From assembly GCA_965215185.1 (NCBI GenBank), contig OZ244034.1, positions 1,760,001 to 1,824,000 on the forward strand: a stretch of 64,000 bases of DNA, given 5' to 3'. This DNA is from Acidimicrobiia bacterium. GTDB taxonomy: Bacteria; Actinomycetota; Acidimicrobiia; Spongiisociales; ZC4RG35. Numbering within the stretch: the stretch's first letter is position 1; each line of letters opens with the position of its first letter. Positions 10,107 through 20,300 of this stretch are shown piece after piece. A program made the translations under genes and the position numbers. The notes beneath the pieces are model-generated. The model ran no database searches and had not been told where the DNA came from. It worked only from the letters and a program-made list of their open reading frames with translations.

Positions 10107-11798
10107 CTAATCGAGTATCCCCAATGCGATCTCTCGCGCCTCGTCCATGGTGGACACATAGCGATCTTTGGGGATCTTGCGCAGAATGTCCAGCTTTTGG
10201 AAACTCTCGCCAACCGGACCGTCGAGGCCCATCACAATGCATTCGGTGTTTTCTGCGATGGCGACGTCCACCAATCGCTCCACTACGAAGGCGGCGCTGT
10301 CGTCCATGTAGTTGGTGTCGCTGAAATCGAGTATTACGACCTCATGATCCTGGATGTCCACGCCGATGGTGCTGAACATCCGATTGGAGGATGCCACCGT
10401 AAAGGTGCCCCTGAAAGCCACCAAACCCACCCGCGCGGAAAAGGGATCCACGTCATCTGAGAAAAAGTCCAGGTCATCGGAGAGCAGATCAAAAGCATCT
10501 AACAGACCCTCTTCATCTTCGCCTTCTTCTTTCTGGTCGGCCAGGAAACTGATGTCAAGCAGTGGAACCGAGATCACGCTGTCCAATTCCAAGTACTCGA
10601 ACTGGCGGGCACTCACCAAAGCCGCCACGATCAACCCCAGCATGATGGCGCTGAGCAGATCGGCGAACACCGTCAGTCCCAAGGTGATAAGCATCACCAC
10701 CAAGTGTTCCCGCTGCACCTTATGGATACGTTTGATGAATCGCCAATCGATGATATCCCAACCCACCTTCATCAGGATGCCGGCCAGCACCGCATGGGGA
10801 ATCTGTCCGACATAACTTCCGAGACCCAACACCAGGGTCAACAGAACCAACGAACAGAGCACTCCCGACACCGGCGTTCGCCCACCGATGCGGGCGTTCA
10901 CCACCGTGGCCGGAATGTTCCCGGCGCCCGGCATGCCCCCGAACAGTCCGGAAACGATATTCCCCACACCCTGGCCCATCAACTCCCGGTTGGGCTTGTG
11001 GGTAGTCCGAGTTATTGAATCTGCTATCAACGACATGAGCAGGGTGTTGATGGATGCGAGCAGGGCAAGCACCAGCGCCGGTTGAAAGGAACTCACCAGA
11101 TGCTGCAGGACCGTGTGGGTGTCGATAATGTCCGGCAGCCCGGTCGGGACTTCGCCTATCAGCGGCGACCCGGTTAGCCAGACAAGGCCCAGGAGCGTCC
11201 CCACTATCAACGCCGCCAGGCTGGGAGGCAAGAACCGTCTGAGTTTCTTGGGCCAATACACCCCCACCATCAGCGTGATCACGCCAATGGCCAACGAATG
11301 GAAGTTGATGCCACCCATCGCTGCCGGCATGGCCAGGAGCGCTCCCACGGTCCCGCCCCCCGGTGAACCGGCACCCAAGATAGGCAGGACCTGCAGCAGC
11401 ACGATGATCACACCCACACCCGACGTGAAGCCCGATATCACCGAATAGGGCGTGTAGGCCACGTACCGGCCCATCTTTATTGCGCCCAGAACAATCTGGA
11501 TCACGCCGGCCATGATCACTATCGAGAATGCTTCGGTGAGATTCTCCGCATAATTTCCCACCACCACCGCCATCGCCACCGCCATCGGGCCGGTGGGTCC
11601 CGAAATCAAAGAACGCGTCCCCCAGAACAAGGAAGCGAAGAAACCCACTGCGATCGCCCCATACAGGCCGGCGATCACACCCAGGCCCGACACCACCCCG
11701 TAGGCCAGAGCCATGGGCAACAGAACCACGGCCGAAGTGATCCCACCGAGGACATCCCCCCGCGCAACTTGGAGGTCGTATTTCAAAGTTGTCTCCAT
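10107..11798 (-). CDS. SulP family inorganic anion transporter with STAS domain
   Basis: GDVLGGIT.A...LP.ALAYG, GLYGAI, SGPTGP, NRELMGQG; C-terminal DFS...MD.S STAS; start inferred at METTLKY. Confidence 0.93.
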   Translation of the reverse strand: METTLKYDLQVARGDVLGGITSAVVLLPMALAYGVVSGLGVIAGLYGAIAVGFFASLFWGTRSLISGPTGPMAVAMAVVVGNYAENLTEAFSIVIMAGVIQIVLGAIKMGRYVAYTPYSVISGFTSGVGVIIVLLQVLPILGAGSPGGGTVGALLAMPAAMGGINFHSLAIGVITLMVGVYWPKKLRRFLPPSLAALIVGTLLGLVWLTGSPLIGEVPTGLPDIIDTHTVLQHLVSSFQPALVLALLASINTLLMSLIADSITRTTHKPNRELMGQGVGNIVSGLFGGMPGAGNIPATVVNARIGGRTPVSGVLCSLVLLTLVLGLGSYVGQIPHAVLAGILMKVGWDIIDWRFIKRIHKVQREHLVVMLITLGLTVFADLLSAIMLGLIVAALVSARQFEYLELDSVISVPLLDISFLADQKEEGEDEEGLLDAFDLLSDDLDFFSDDVDPFSARVGLVAFRGTFTVASSNRMFSTIGVDIQDHEVVILDFSDTNYMDDSAAFVVERLVDVAIAENTECIVMGLDGPVGESFQKLDILRKIPKDRYVSTMDEAREIALGILD

Positions 11799-11863
11799 CC
11801 CACCGGGCGGCCAAGAAAAATGGTAACCACCCTCGCGGAACAATCGCTTTGTCTAGCCGAGTC

Positions 11864-12151
11864 TTAGCCGATCGCGTCGACCTTTTCTACAAAACGACGG
11901 TCCCTGGGAGAAAGCCCACCCACATCGTGGCTGGTAATGGCCAACTCCACCCGGTTGTAGACATTCGACCACTCGGGATGATGAAACAGGCGCTCGGCGA
12001 TGAGGGCCACATGGGTCATGAAGGCGAAAGCGGCCTGGAAATCGGAAAATTCATAGGAGCGCCGCAACACAACACCATCCCGCCGCCAGTGCGGATGGGC
12101 AGCCAACAGCTGCGCAATCTCCTCTTCGGTGAGAAGGGTCTTGCCGCCCAC
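11864..12151 (-). CDS. Pterin-4a-carbinolamine dehydratase
   Basis: F.DF..AF.FM..VA..AE...HHPEW.NVYN.V...SHD.GGL; GTG start overlaps the upstream TAG. Confidence 0.9.
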   Translation of the reverse strand: MGGKTLLTEEEIAQLLAAHPHWRRDGVVLRRSYEFSDFQAAFAFMTHVALIAERLFHHPEWSNVYNRVELAITSHDVGGLSPRDRRFVEKVDAIG

Positions 12152-12600
12152 TATCGAGGCGGCTGCATCAGCTCGATACGGAAACCGTCGGGATCGAGCA
12201 TCATCACCGTCCGGCCCCCCTTGTTCGGGCCTATGGTGGGAGTGACCGGCCGAGAGACCGACCCGACTCCCATAGAGGTCAGTCTTTCGTAAAGCGAATC
12301 GCAGTCGTCGACCCGGAAGGCGAGGTGGGCCGTGCCGGGGTTGGCGGTTGCAGGGTCGATCGCCTGCCGCTCCACATTGCGATACTCCAGGATCTCCAGA
12401 ATGCTGTCGGAGTTGGGCAACCGCAAGATGGCGCCGTGCATGTCCACACCGGGATATCCGGAAAACTCTTCGATGTAGGGAGCTTGGCGGTTCCAACGCA
12501 GGACCAACTCCAGCCCCAGCAGGTCGCTGTAGAACTCCAAGGACGCATCCAGGTCGGTTACCTGTATCCCCGTATGGTGATGGCCGACTATTTCTCCCAC
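12151..12600 (-). CDS. VOC / glyoxalase family protein
   Basis: HHTGIQV.DL..SL.FY, H.AF.V, DPDG..IEL. Confidence 0.9.
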   Translation of the reverse strand: MGEIVGHHHTGIQVTDLDASLEFYSDLLGLELVLRWNRQAPYIEEFSGYPGVDMHGAILRLPNSDSILEILEYRNVERQAIDPATANPGTAHLAFRVDDCDSLYERLTSMGVGSVSRPVTPTIGPNKGGRTVMMLDPDGFRIELMQPPR

Positions 12601-12727
12601 TCGAAAACCTCCTTGGGACTCTTACCAAGAACATCATATACCCCGACGGATCGGGCGGGCGGAAGGTCGGCCCGTCCGGTCACAGCCATAGAGCGGAGCG
12701 TCTGTGGTGACGACAGGGTGGTCGGCG

Positions 12728-13471
12728 TCAGAAGGTGGGGGCGTCTGCGCCGAACCACTTCTCTATGAGGGCGTTCAGCGAGCCGTCCTCTGTCATGGAG
12801 TCAATAGCCCCATTCAATTTATCTCTCAGTTCGTCGTCGCCTTCCCGGACACCGACGCCGACTCCGACGCTCAGAATCACCTCAGGACCGAGGATGATGA
12901 GCCTCCCGTCGTTTGCCGCCAAGCTGTCGTTGGCGAACTCCGAGTCGACCAGCGCTGCGTCCACGTCGCCGTTTAGGACCGCCGAAACGAGCTCTTCGGC
13001 CAACCCGTACTCCCGAAGCGACTCCCCGGCTTGGGTCAGATAATCGGCCTGGAGAGTGGCCACTTGGGCGGCGATAGTGCCGTTGACCACCTCTTCGGAC
13101 ACGCCGGACCGGACGATATACACCGACGGGCTGGGCGGTATGTACGGCTGGGTGAAGTCGATCACCTCGTCCCGCTCGTCGTTGATACCCATGCCGGCCA
13201 TGATGGTGTCATAGTTGCCAGCCACCAGATTAGGGATGATGGTTTCCCAGTCGTTCAGCATCCAGGTGCATTCGAGGTCCGAGCGACGGCACAACTCGTC
13301 ACCCAATTCCCGCTCGAACCCGGCGACTTCACCATCCTCGTCGATAAAGTTGTAGGGAGGGTAGAATCCCTCGGTTCCCATCCGGACCGCCGCCGATTGC
13401 CCGGTGCACGACACCGACAAAGCCAGGATCCCTGCCGCGACGAGGACGGTTCTGATCAAGTTCACCTTCAC
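12728..13471 (-). CDS. Amino acid ABC transporter substrate-binding lipoprotein (SBP family 3), orphan
   Basis: Lipobox-like LSVSC, GTEG.YPPYNF, ER...IDFTQPY. Confidence 0.9.
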   Translation of the reverse strand: MKVNLIRTVLVAAGILALSVSCTGQSAAVRMGTEGFYPPYNFIDEDGEVAGFERELGDELCRRSDLECTWMLNDWETIIPNLVAGNYDTIMAGMGINDERDEVIDFTQPYIPPSPSVYIVRSGVSEEVVNGTIAAQVATLQADYLTQAGESLREYGLAEELVSAVLNGDVDAALVDSEFANDSLAANDGRLIILGPEVILSVGVGVGVREGDDELRDKLNGAIDSMTEDGSLNALIEKWFGADAPTF

Positions 13472-13569
13472 GTTCGCGCCGAATCGTACTTCACGTCCTG
13501 GGATCCCGTATTACGAGCCGGCGCTGTTTGAACTCGATGACCGTTGGCGCCCTTGCTTCGGAGCCTCCT

Positions 13570-14718
13570 CTACGCTTGGAAGCCGTCCATGCGGGACAGA
13601 ACATCCAACATGGTCTCATCGGACCCGCCGCCGATCGAGCCCAAGCGGCTGTCCCGGAAGAATCGGGCGGTCCAGGTCTCCTCCATGTACCCGATCCCCC
13701 CATGGAACTGGATCGCCCAGTCGGCCGTCTCCCTCGCCAGCCGGCCCGACTTGAGTTTGGCGATGGTGGCGAACCGCGTGGGGTCCTCTCCCCGCATGTA
13801 GGCCTCGGCGGCGGCGTAGTTGTAGTGACGCAGCAGGTCCAGGTCGGCGGCGAGCTCAGCCAGTCGATAACGGATGTACTGGTGGCTCAGTAACGGCTTG
13901 CCGAACACCTTCCGTTCCCGCAAGTACTGGGCGGTTCGCTTCAGGGCCCGCTCACAGGATCCCACCGTCGAATAGGCGGCCCACATCCTTTCCACCACGA
14001 ACTGGGTCATTTGCTGCTGGAAACCCTTTCCCGCCACCCCGATGGTGTTCGACACCGGCACCGCCAAGTCGGTGAAGGTCAGAAGGCCGGTGTCGGACGC
14101 CCGCATTCCCAGCTTGTCGAGCTTGCGGGAGACTTCGAAGCCCGGCAGGTCGGTTGGGACCACAATCTGGCTCATCCCGCCATGTCCCCCCTCGTCGGAG
14201 GTTCGGGCCAGTAAGCACAGCCAATCGGCCTGCAAACCGTTGGTGATGTACATCTTCGATCCGTTGATGATCCACTGATCGCCGTCTCTCGTCGCCCGGG
14301 TCTTGATGGCCGCCACATCCGACCCGGCGTCGGGTTCAGTAACTGCGATTGAGGTCACCATCTCCCCCCGCAGGGCGGGCCTCAGATAGCGGTGTTTTAG
14401 CTCATCGGATCCATGCTGGTGAAGTGACGGTGTGGCCATATCGACCTGCACTCCCAGCGCCATGCCGATCGACCCGTGATCGGCCCGGCCAAATTCTTCG
14501 GCGAGCACCACCGTGAAGAGATGATCGGCCCCCTGCCCGCCATAGGCGGGATCGTATTCCAGACCCAGGAATCCCAATTTCGCCATCTGACCGAAGATCT
14601 CGTGTAGAGGCATTTGTCCGTCCTGCTCCCATTGCTCTACCCGAGGATTGATCTCCTCCTCCACGAACCGGCGCACCACCTGACGAAACATGTGGTGCTC
14701 TTCGGAGAACGCCATCAT
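13570..14718 (-). CDS. Acyl-CoA dehydrogenase (citronellyl-CoA dehydrogenase-like)
   Basis: TEPDAGSD, NGSKMYITNG, KLGMRASDT, QFHGG.GY, IGGGSDE. Confidence 0.92.
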   Translation of the reverse strand: MMAFSEEHHMFRQVVRRFVEEEINPRVEQWEQDGQMPLHEIFGQMAKLGFLGLEYDPAYGGQGADHLFTVVLAEEFGRADHGSIGMALGVQVDMATPSLHQHGSDELKHRYLRPALRGEMVTSIAVTEPDAGSDVAAIKTRATRDGDQWIINGSKMYITNGLQADWLCLLARTSDEGGHGGMSQIVVPTDLPGFEVSRKLDKLGMRASDTGLLTFTDLAVPVSNTIGVAGKGFQQQMTQFVVERMWAAYSTVGSCERALKRTAQYLRERKVFGKPLLSHQYIRYRLAELAADLDLLRHYNYAAAEAYMRGEDPTRFATIAKLKSGRLARETADWAIQFHGGIGYMEETWTARFFRDSRLGSIGGGSDETMLDVLSRMDGFQA

Positions 14719-14832
14719 CTACTCCTTCGGTTGGATCCGGGTCAAGAGGCCGTCACGCCGCGGCGACAGCCACTCGCACACTCCCTTGCCCATTGAAGTT
14801 ACACCAAAGGGCCTGACCTGCCACTCCCGAAC

Positions 14833-16029
14833 TCAGAGCTCGGCCGAGCGGAAAGCCTCCCGAATACCCACCTTGCTGCCGAAACGCAGCAATCCGCCCA
14901 GATACACTCGCCCCGCCAGCCGAACCATCGCCACGACGGTGAAAGCCATCACCGCCACCGACACCGCCAACTCCCACCACGGGATCGCTTGGAAGGCGAA
15001 TCGGACCGGGACCACGAAGGGGGCGATCGGCGGGATGAAAGTGGAAACCACGGCCAAGGTGCTGGTGGGGTTCCCCACGGCCTGCATGGCGATGACAAAA
15101 CCGGCCACCGCGATCATGGAGATGGGAGCTACCACGCTCTGGGCGTCCTCCGCCCGGGAAACCAGCGCGCCCGCCGCGCCGAAGGCCACCGCGAACAGCG
15201 AATACCCCAGAATGAACCACAGCACCAAAATAAGGATGCTGTCGATCGGAAAGTCCGGCAGATCGAAGACGCCGGTAACCCGTACCCCCACCAGGGCGAT
15301 CACCACCGTCCCCACGAACTGGGCCAGCCCGAGGAGCCCGATCCCCATGATCTTGCCGGCAAGCAACTGCCACGGTTGGAATGCGGCCAGCAACACTTCC
15401 ACCACCCGATTGGTCTTTTCTTCGGTTACGCCGGTCAAAATCATTGATCCGTACAACAGCACCGCCATGTACATCAGAAACAGCCCACCGAAGGCAATAA
15501 TCGTCCGTTCGGCGTTCTCTTCCGGATCGGCGCCCGACAGCGACCGTACCCCCAGGGGATCGGAGGTGAGAATCTCCACCACATCGGCCGCTCCCGAGGC
15601 GACCAGACTTTCGATCTGCACCGAGCGAGCGCCCCGCTGGAGATGTCGCTGGACATCTCCACCTGATTCTCCGTCCGCCCCCCGTACCACTAACTCCCTT
15701 CCCTCCACCAGCACCAAGTCCACCTCGCTCTCGTCGGCCGCTTTCTCGGCGGCGGCCAACGAATCGAATCTGACCATCTCAATGGTGGTCTTCACCTGGC
15801 TGCCCTCATAGTTGGCCAACGCCAGCGCCGCCTCGATCACCGCCTGGTTGCCGTCGCCAACCACACCCACCTCATAGTGGACATCGTCGTCAGCGAAGAC
15901 GATGGGAAGCACCAGACCCGCCGCCACAAACAGCAGAACAATCACGACGGATACGATGAAAGCCCCCGACCGCGACCTCTCCCTTATTTCTCTGCCCATC
16001 ACCAGCCGGATCGCCTGCAGGGAATTCAT
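14833..16029 (-). CDS. ABC-2 type exporter permease (NatB/YhaP-like)
   Basis: EEK.NRVVEVLL, LL.GKI.G, multiple transmembrane segments. Confidence 0.9.
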   Translation of the reverse strand: MNSLQAIRLVMGREIRERSRSGAFIVSVVIVLLFVAAGLVLPIVFADDDVHYEVGVVGDGNQAVIEAALALANYEGSQVKTTIEMVRFDSLAAAEKAADESEVDLVLVEGRELVVRGADGESGGDVQRHLQRGARSVQIESLVASGAADVVEILTSDPLGVRSLSGADPEENAERTIIAFGGLFLMYMAVLLYGSMILTGVTEEKTNRVVEVLLAAFQPWQLLAGKIMGIGLLGLAQFVGTVVIALVGVRVTGVFDLPDFPIDSILILVLWFILGYSLFAVAFGAAGALVSRAEDAQSVVAPISMIAVAGFVIAMQAVGNPTSTLAVVSTFIPPIAPFVVPVRFAFQAIPWWELAVSVAVMAFTVVAMVRLAGRVYLGGLLRFGSKVGIREAFRSAEL

Positions 16030-16916
16030 CGGGTCACCGCTTCACGGAAGAGTTCCGACAGAGAAGGCGCGGAAAAGGTGAAGTGCCTGACATCGCCTCC
16101 CAAGTCGAGCCGAGATACGAGATCACTCAGATCGCCGCCTTTTCTAACCACTATCCGGTGCCGATAACCGTCGAAATCCACCGAGACCACCGCTTCCAGA
16201 CCGCTGATACCCTCAATGCCCCTCGTGCCCATCTCCAATTCGATCACCCAATGAGGAGAGTCTTCTTTTAGCCGGCGCACCTCCCCCGACATGACAATCC
16301 TGCCCCGATTGATGATCGCCACGTCCTGGCAGAGATCCTCCACCGTGTCGAGCTGATGGCTCGAAAACACCACCGCCGCTCCGGCGGCTGCCCGGGCCCG
16401 CAGCACATTGGCCATGGTCTCCACGCCGAAGGGGTCAAGGCCACTGAACGGTTCGTCCAGCACCAACAGCTCAGGATCATGCATCAGGGCCGCGGCCAAC
16501 TGAATGCGCTGTTGGTTTCCATGCGACAGCTTCTCGAGAGGGTCCTTGGCTCTATCGGACAAACCGAGTTCTTCCAGCCATCGCTCGACGGCCGCCTCGG
16601 CTTCGGCAGTGGTCATGCCGTGAATGCGTCCCAGATAGGTAAGCTGTCGACCCACTTTCATCTTCGGGTAGAGGCCCCGCTGCTCCGGCATGTACCCAAA
16701 CCGCAAACGCTGCGACTGTCCCACCGGTTTGCCCCTCCAACTGACGGACCCCTCATCGAGTCGCACCAGATTAAAAACGGATCGCATGGCGGTGGTCTTG
16801 CCCGCTCCGTTGGGGCCCAGGAACCCCAGCATCCGTCCTCGTTCCACTCTGAAACTGCACTCATCCAGGGCCTGCACTTCGCCGTATCGCTTGGAAAGCC
16901 GGCTCAATTTCAGCAT
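16026..16916 (-). CDS. ABC transporter ATP-binding protein
   Basis: GPNGAGKTT, LSHGNQQR, LVLDEPFSGLDP. Confidence 0.93.
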   Translation of the reverse strand: MLKLSRLSKRYGEVQALDECSFRVERGRMLGFLGPNGAGKTTAMRSVFNLVRLDEGSVSWRGKPVGQSQRLRFGYMPEQRGLYPKMKVGRQLTYLGRIHGMTTAEAEAAVERWLEELGLSDRAKDPLEKLSHGNQQRIQLAAALMHDPELLVLDEPFSGLDPFGVETMANVLRARAAAGAAVVFSSHQLDTVEDLCQDVAIINRGRIVMSGEVRRLKEDSPHWVIELEMGTRGIEGISGLEAVVSVDFDGYRHRIVVRKGGDLSDLVSRLDLGGDVRHFTFSAPSLSELFREAVTR

Positions 16917-17081
16917 CAGGTCCCTTTCGCCGTAACAGTTCGCATCATATGTGGGGACCGCACCTATGCAAAAGCGTTTTTCGATGGATTAATACCGGCA
17001 GACCCGGGGGGAGACGCCACAGGGTTGCGCACTTGTCTCCATTTGATTCAATAGCTTTTGTATCAGTAATACTTGATCTAT

Positions 17082-17780
17082 ATGTTGTCTCTGAGAGAGC
17101 GAGCCGGACTGCATGCCGCGCTGGGCGATGCCATTCGCCTGGCGGTGGTGGATCCTATAGCGCTGGGCGACCTGGGAGTGGAAGAACTAAAAGAGATCAC
17201 CGGCGTGGAAGGAAATCTCCTGGCCCATCACCTGAAGGTTCTGGAAAAGGCTCGCCTGGTAAGCCGCCGGACATCAGAAGGGGACGGGCGGCGAAGATAT
17301 GTCTCGTTACGCCACGGCCGCCTGTTCGAACTAATGGCCAGCCCTGCCCTGGACGCTTGTCGGGTGCTGTTCATGTGCGTCCACAACTCGGCCCGCTCCC
17401 AATTTGCGGCAGCCCTGTGGAAAGAAACAACCGGCTATCCGGATATCAGCGCCGGAACCCGTCCCGCTGCGGCGGTCCATCCCCGGGCCGTGGAAGTGGC
17501 GGCGGAACTGAGCATCGACCTGAGCGGCGCGGTCCCCAAGGGCTACCGACAGATCGACCCGGCCCCTGACTTGGTGGTCTCAGTGTGTGATCGCGTCCGT
17601 GAATCAGGCGCCCGGTTCAATGCCCCCCAACTCCACTGGTCGGTCCCCGACCCCGTGGCTCAAGGTGACGCTGCGGCTTTTCGACAGTCTTTCGAAGATA
17701 TCACCCATCGCATGGAGCGGCTGATTCACGCAACCAGGACATCCGCCAACCCCGCACCCAAAACCAATCCAATCCAGTGA
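17082..17780 (+). CDS. ArsR-type HTH fused to an LMW-PTPase / arsenate reductase domain
   Basis: AL.D.IRL, NLLAHHL.VL, then VLFMCVHNSARSQ. Confidence 0.87.
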   Translation: MLSLRERAGLHAALGDAIRLAVVDPIALGDLGVEELKEITGVEGNLLAHHLKVLEKARLVSRRTSEGDGRRRYVSLRHGRLFELMASPALDACRVLFMCVHNSARSQFAAALWKETTGYPDISAGTRPAAAVHPRAVEVAAELSIDLSGAVPKGYRQIDPAPDLVVSVCDRVRESGARFNAPQLHWSVPDPVAQGDAAAFRQSFEDITHRMERLIHATRTSANPAPKTNPIQ

Positions 17781-17793
17781 AGGAGCGCCAACC

Positions 17794-18438
17794 GTGCCAT
17801 TAGAACTTTCCACCGAAGAGACGTTCCTGGTTCGCCAGGCGGCGGTAAGGCTGCAGAACCAGTTCCATGGCAAACTCAACACCGAAACCGTCGAGCGTTT
17901 CATGACCGATTCGCTGGACCACTTGTTGCAAAAGGCCACCACCACCACCACCTGGATAGTGCTGCTGGCCGAACGGTTCGCCGCGCAGCGACTGCGGGCC
18001 GTGGTGCGTCTGCAGACCAGTCCCACCATCCTGAACCCGAGCGTCCTTTTCCTGTGCGTGCACAACGCCGGACGATCCCAGATGGCGGCCGGGTTCATGC
18101 GCGTTTTGTCCGCAGGAATGGTGGACGTCTTCACCGGCGGGTCGGAGCCTGCCGATGACATCAACCACACCGCCGCCCAAGCCATGCTGGAGAAGGGCAT
18201 CAACATCAAGGGTGAGATCCCCCAGCCCTGGGCCGATGAGATCGTTCGAGCCGCCGATGTGGTGATCACCATGGGATGCGGTGACGCCTGTCCCATCTAT
18301 CCCGGCAAACGCTACATCGACTGGGAAGTGGACGACCCCGCCGGAAAGACTCTGGAGAAGGTCCGTCCGATCCGTGACGACCTCGAACAACGGGTCCGTA
18401 CCCTGTTGGCCGACTTGGACGTCGAGCCGGTCTGGTAG
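17794..18438 (+). CDS. arsC: Arsenate reductase (LMWP fold) with N-terminal helical extension
   Basis: VLFLCVHNAGRSQMA, TMGCGDACP, W...DP. Confidence 0.9.
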   Translation: MPLELSTEETFLVRQAAVRLQNQFHGKLNTETVERFMTDSLDHLLQKATTTTTWIVLLAERFAAQRLRAVVRLQTSPTILNPSVLFLCVHNAGRSQMAAGFMRVLSAGMVDVFTGGSEPADDINHTAAQAMLEKGINIKGEIPQPWADEIVRAADVVITMGCGDACPIYPGKRYIDWEVDDPAGKTLEKVRPIRDDLEQRVRTLLADLDVEPVW

Positions 18439-18447
18439 GCCGCTCGT

Positions 18448-19956
18448 TCAGCTAGTCGAACCGGCCTTGGGGCGGGCTTTTTTGCCGTTGAGCACGGCGC
18501 CGATCGGCGTGTAGCGCACAAACGCCTGATAGCACAGCAGCGAGAAGGCCGTCACTCCCGCGGAGATGATCAAAAATTTGACGCCGGCCCCCAGGTTCCA
18601 GTCACGCACCATCAACTGGGCTGCTATTACCAGCGGCAGATGCACCAGATATATCCAGTACGAGGAGTCGGACAAATAACGCACCCCCCGACGCTCCCGG
18701 GGAAGCAACACCCGGAACAACCCCATCAGGCCAAAGCACATCCCCCAGGCGTACAGCACCTGCAGAGCCGCGGCCACCGTCCACTGGAAATCCACAAAGG
18801 TGAAATACAGCCCGCCAGGCAGGACTATCAGAAACGAGACTGACAGAATCAGCCACCACGGCCGCCCGATGGCGTCGACCATCAACTCTCCCTTTCGGCC
18901 CCGACGACCGTACATCAAAGCGCCGAAGGTGAAAAAAGCAGCGTAATAGATCAGCACATGGGGAATAGGCAGCAGACCGGTGGAGGTGTCCGGCCCAAAG
19001 ATGGGATAGGCGCCGCCGTCGGCCATGCGAAGCTGCGGAACCAGGGTCAGGGGGACCATCAACCACATCAACCACCGCGACCAAACCCTTTCACCGGGTC
19101 CTCGCCGGCCAGTCATCGCAGCCACTATCGCAAAACCTGCCACCAACCACAGGAGAAACCACAGGAACCAGAGGTGATGGAATCGGTCGATCCAGGTCGC
19201 AAGACCGTCGTTTCCGCCGGTTTCCTCCGCGCCCTTTCCCCAACCGGGGATTTGCGACCACCGCACCCCCTCAGGTAGAGGCTCGCCTCCCCCGTAGTCG
19301 ACCAGCAAATCGGCCGCCTCCTCATGGCCGAAGTGAAAGGCCAGCCCCAACGGGGTCTCGCCCTCCGAGGCGAAGGCGACCGAGGTCGGCTCGGCGCCCC
19401 GGGACAGCAGCAGTTCCAACATCTCGACGTCGCCCGTGAAAGCTGCGGCGTGGAGAAGGGTCCAACCGCCCGGCTCGGTACGCATGTCAACATCAAAGCC
19501 TCGGTCCAGCAAACCCTCAACACCGGAATCGTCGCCCACAAACACCACGGCGAATATGTCATCTTCTGCCACTGATGCCTTCACTCCCGAGGCGAAGGCC
19601 TGCTCGCTTACCCAGTCTGTCGCCGGAATGATGGTCACCAAGCCGATGATCAGCGGTATCGCCACCCGGCGGAGACGATGACCCAAAAGCGAACTCAGGC
19701 CGCGACGACGCCACAGCATGGAGGTGAAGAACCCGCTCATCAGGAAGAACACCGGCATTCGGAATCCGTGCACCGCCCAGAAAAACTCGTCGTAGGGACC
19801 GTCAAGACTGGAGGTACGGTCTTGCACCACCCAGAACGCCGGGAAAAACGCCAACGAGGTGTGCAACCCGATCCCCAGCAACATGGCGAACCCCCGCAAA
19901 GCGTCAAGGTCATACCGGCGACCCGGCACCGCCGCCGGGATTTCAACAGAACTCAA
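18448..19956 (-). CDS. Acyltransferase-3 (OpgC/MdoC-like) membrane protein with inserted ankyrin repeats
   Basis: RRYDLDALR, H.FRMP.FF..SGFF, HLWFLW.L, SYWIYL.H; internal GWTLLHAAA.TG and GETPL..A...GH; start uncertain. Confidence 0.85.
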   Translation of the reverse strand: MSSVEIPAAVPGRRYDLDALRGFAMLLGIGLHTSLAFFPAFWVVQDRTSSLDGPYDEFFWAVHGFRMPVFFLMSGFFTSMLWRRRGLSSLLGHRLRRVAIPLIIGLVTIIPATDWVSEQAFASGVKASVAEDDIFAVVFVGDDSGVEGLLDRGFDVDMRTEPGGWTLLHAAAFTGDVEMLELLLSRGAEPTSVAFASEGETPLGLAFHFGHEEAADLLVDYGGGEPLPEGVRWSQIPGWGKGAEETGGNDGLATWIDRFHHLWFLWFLLWLVAGFAIVAAMTGRRGPGERVWSRWLMWLMVPLTLVPQLRMADGGAYPIFGPDTSTGLLPIPHVLIYYAAFFTFGALMYGRRGRKGELMVDAIGRPWWLILSVSFLIVLPGGLYFTFVDFQWTVAAALQVLYAWGMCFGLMGLFRVLLPRERRGVRYLSDSSYWIYLVHLPLVIAAQLMVRDWNLGAGVKFLIISAGVTAFSLLCYQAFVRYTPIGAVLNGKKARPKAGSTS

Positions 19957-20300
19957 GAGTTGGACCCGATCATTATTTTGTAGCTGCCCTCCTACGATCT
20001 GCCGACGACACCGTGCGCGATTCCCATTGACAACCGAGTTGTTCCTGGAAATCATGCATTTTGGCACCAGAGATCGAATGTCGTCGGTGTGGACCACAGT
20101 ACCGGACCTCACTCGCAAACTCGGAGGCCACCGAACGACCCGCAGCGGCGTGCTCCAGCCGATTCCAATGGGGTCGGCGAATCGGGTAAGCTTTAGAACA
20201 CCTGATTCCAGGATCCCCTGCTCGTGCCGGGGATCTTCGACTCCGCTCATCGAGCTTGCAAATCCGACCCATGGTCGGCGTCTTATTCATGAGAAACACT

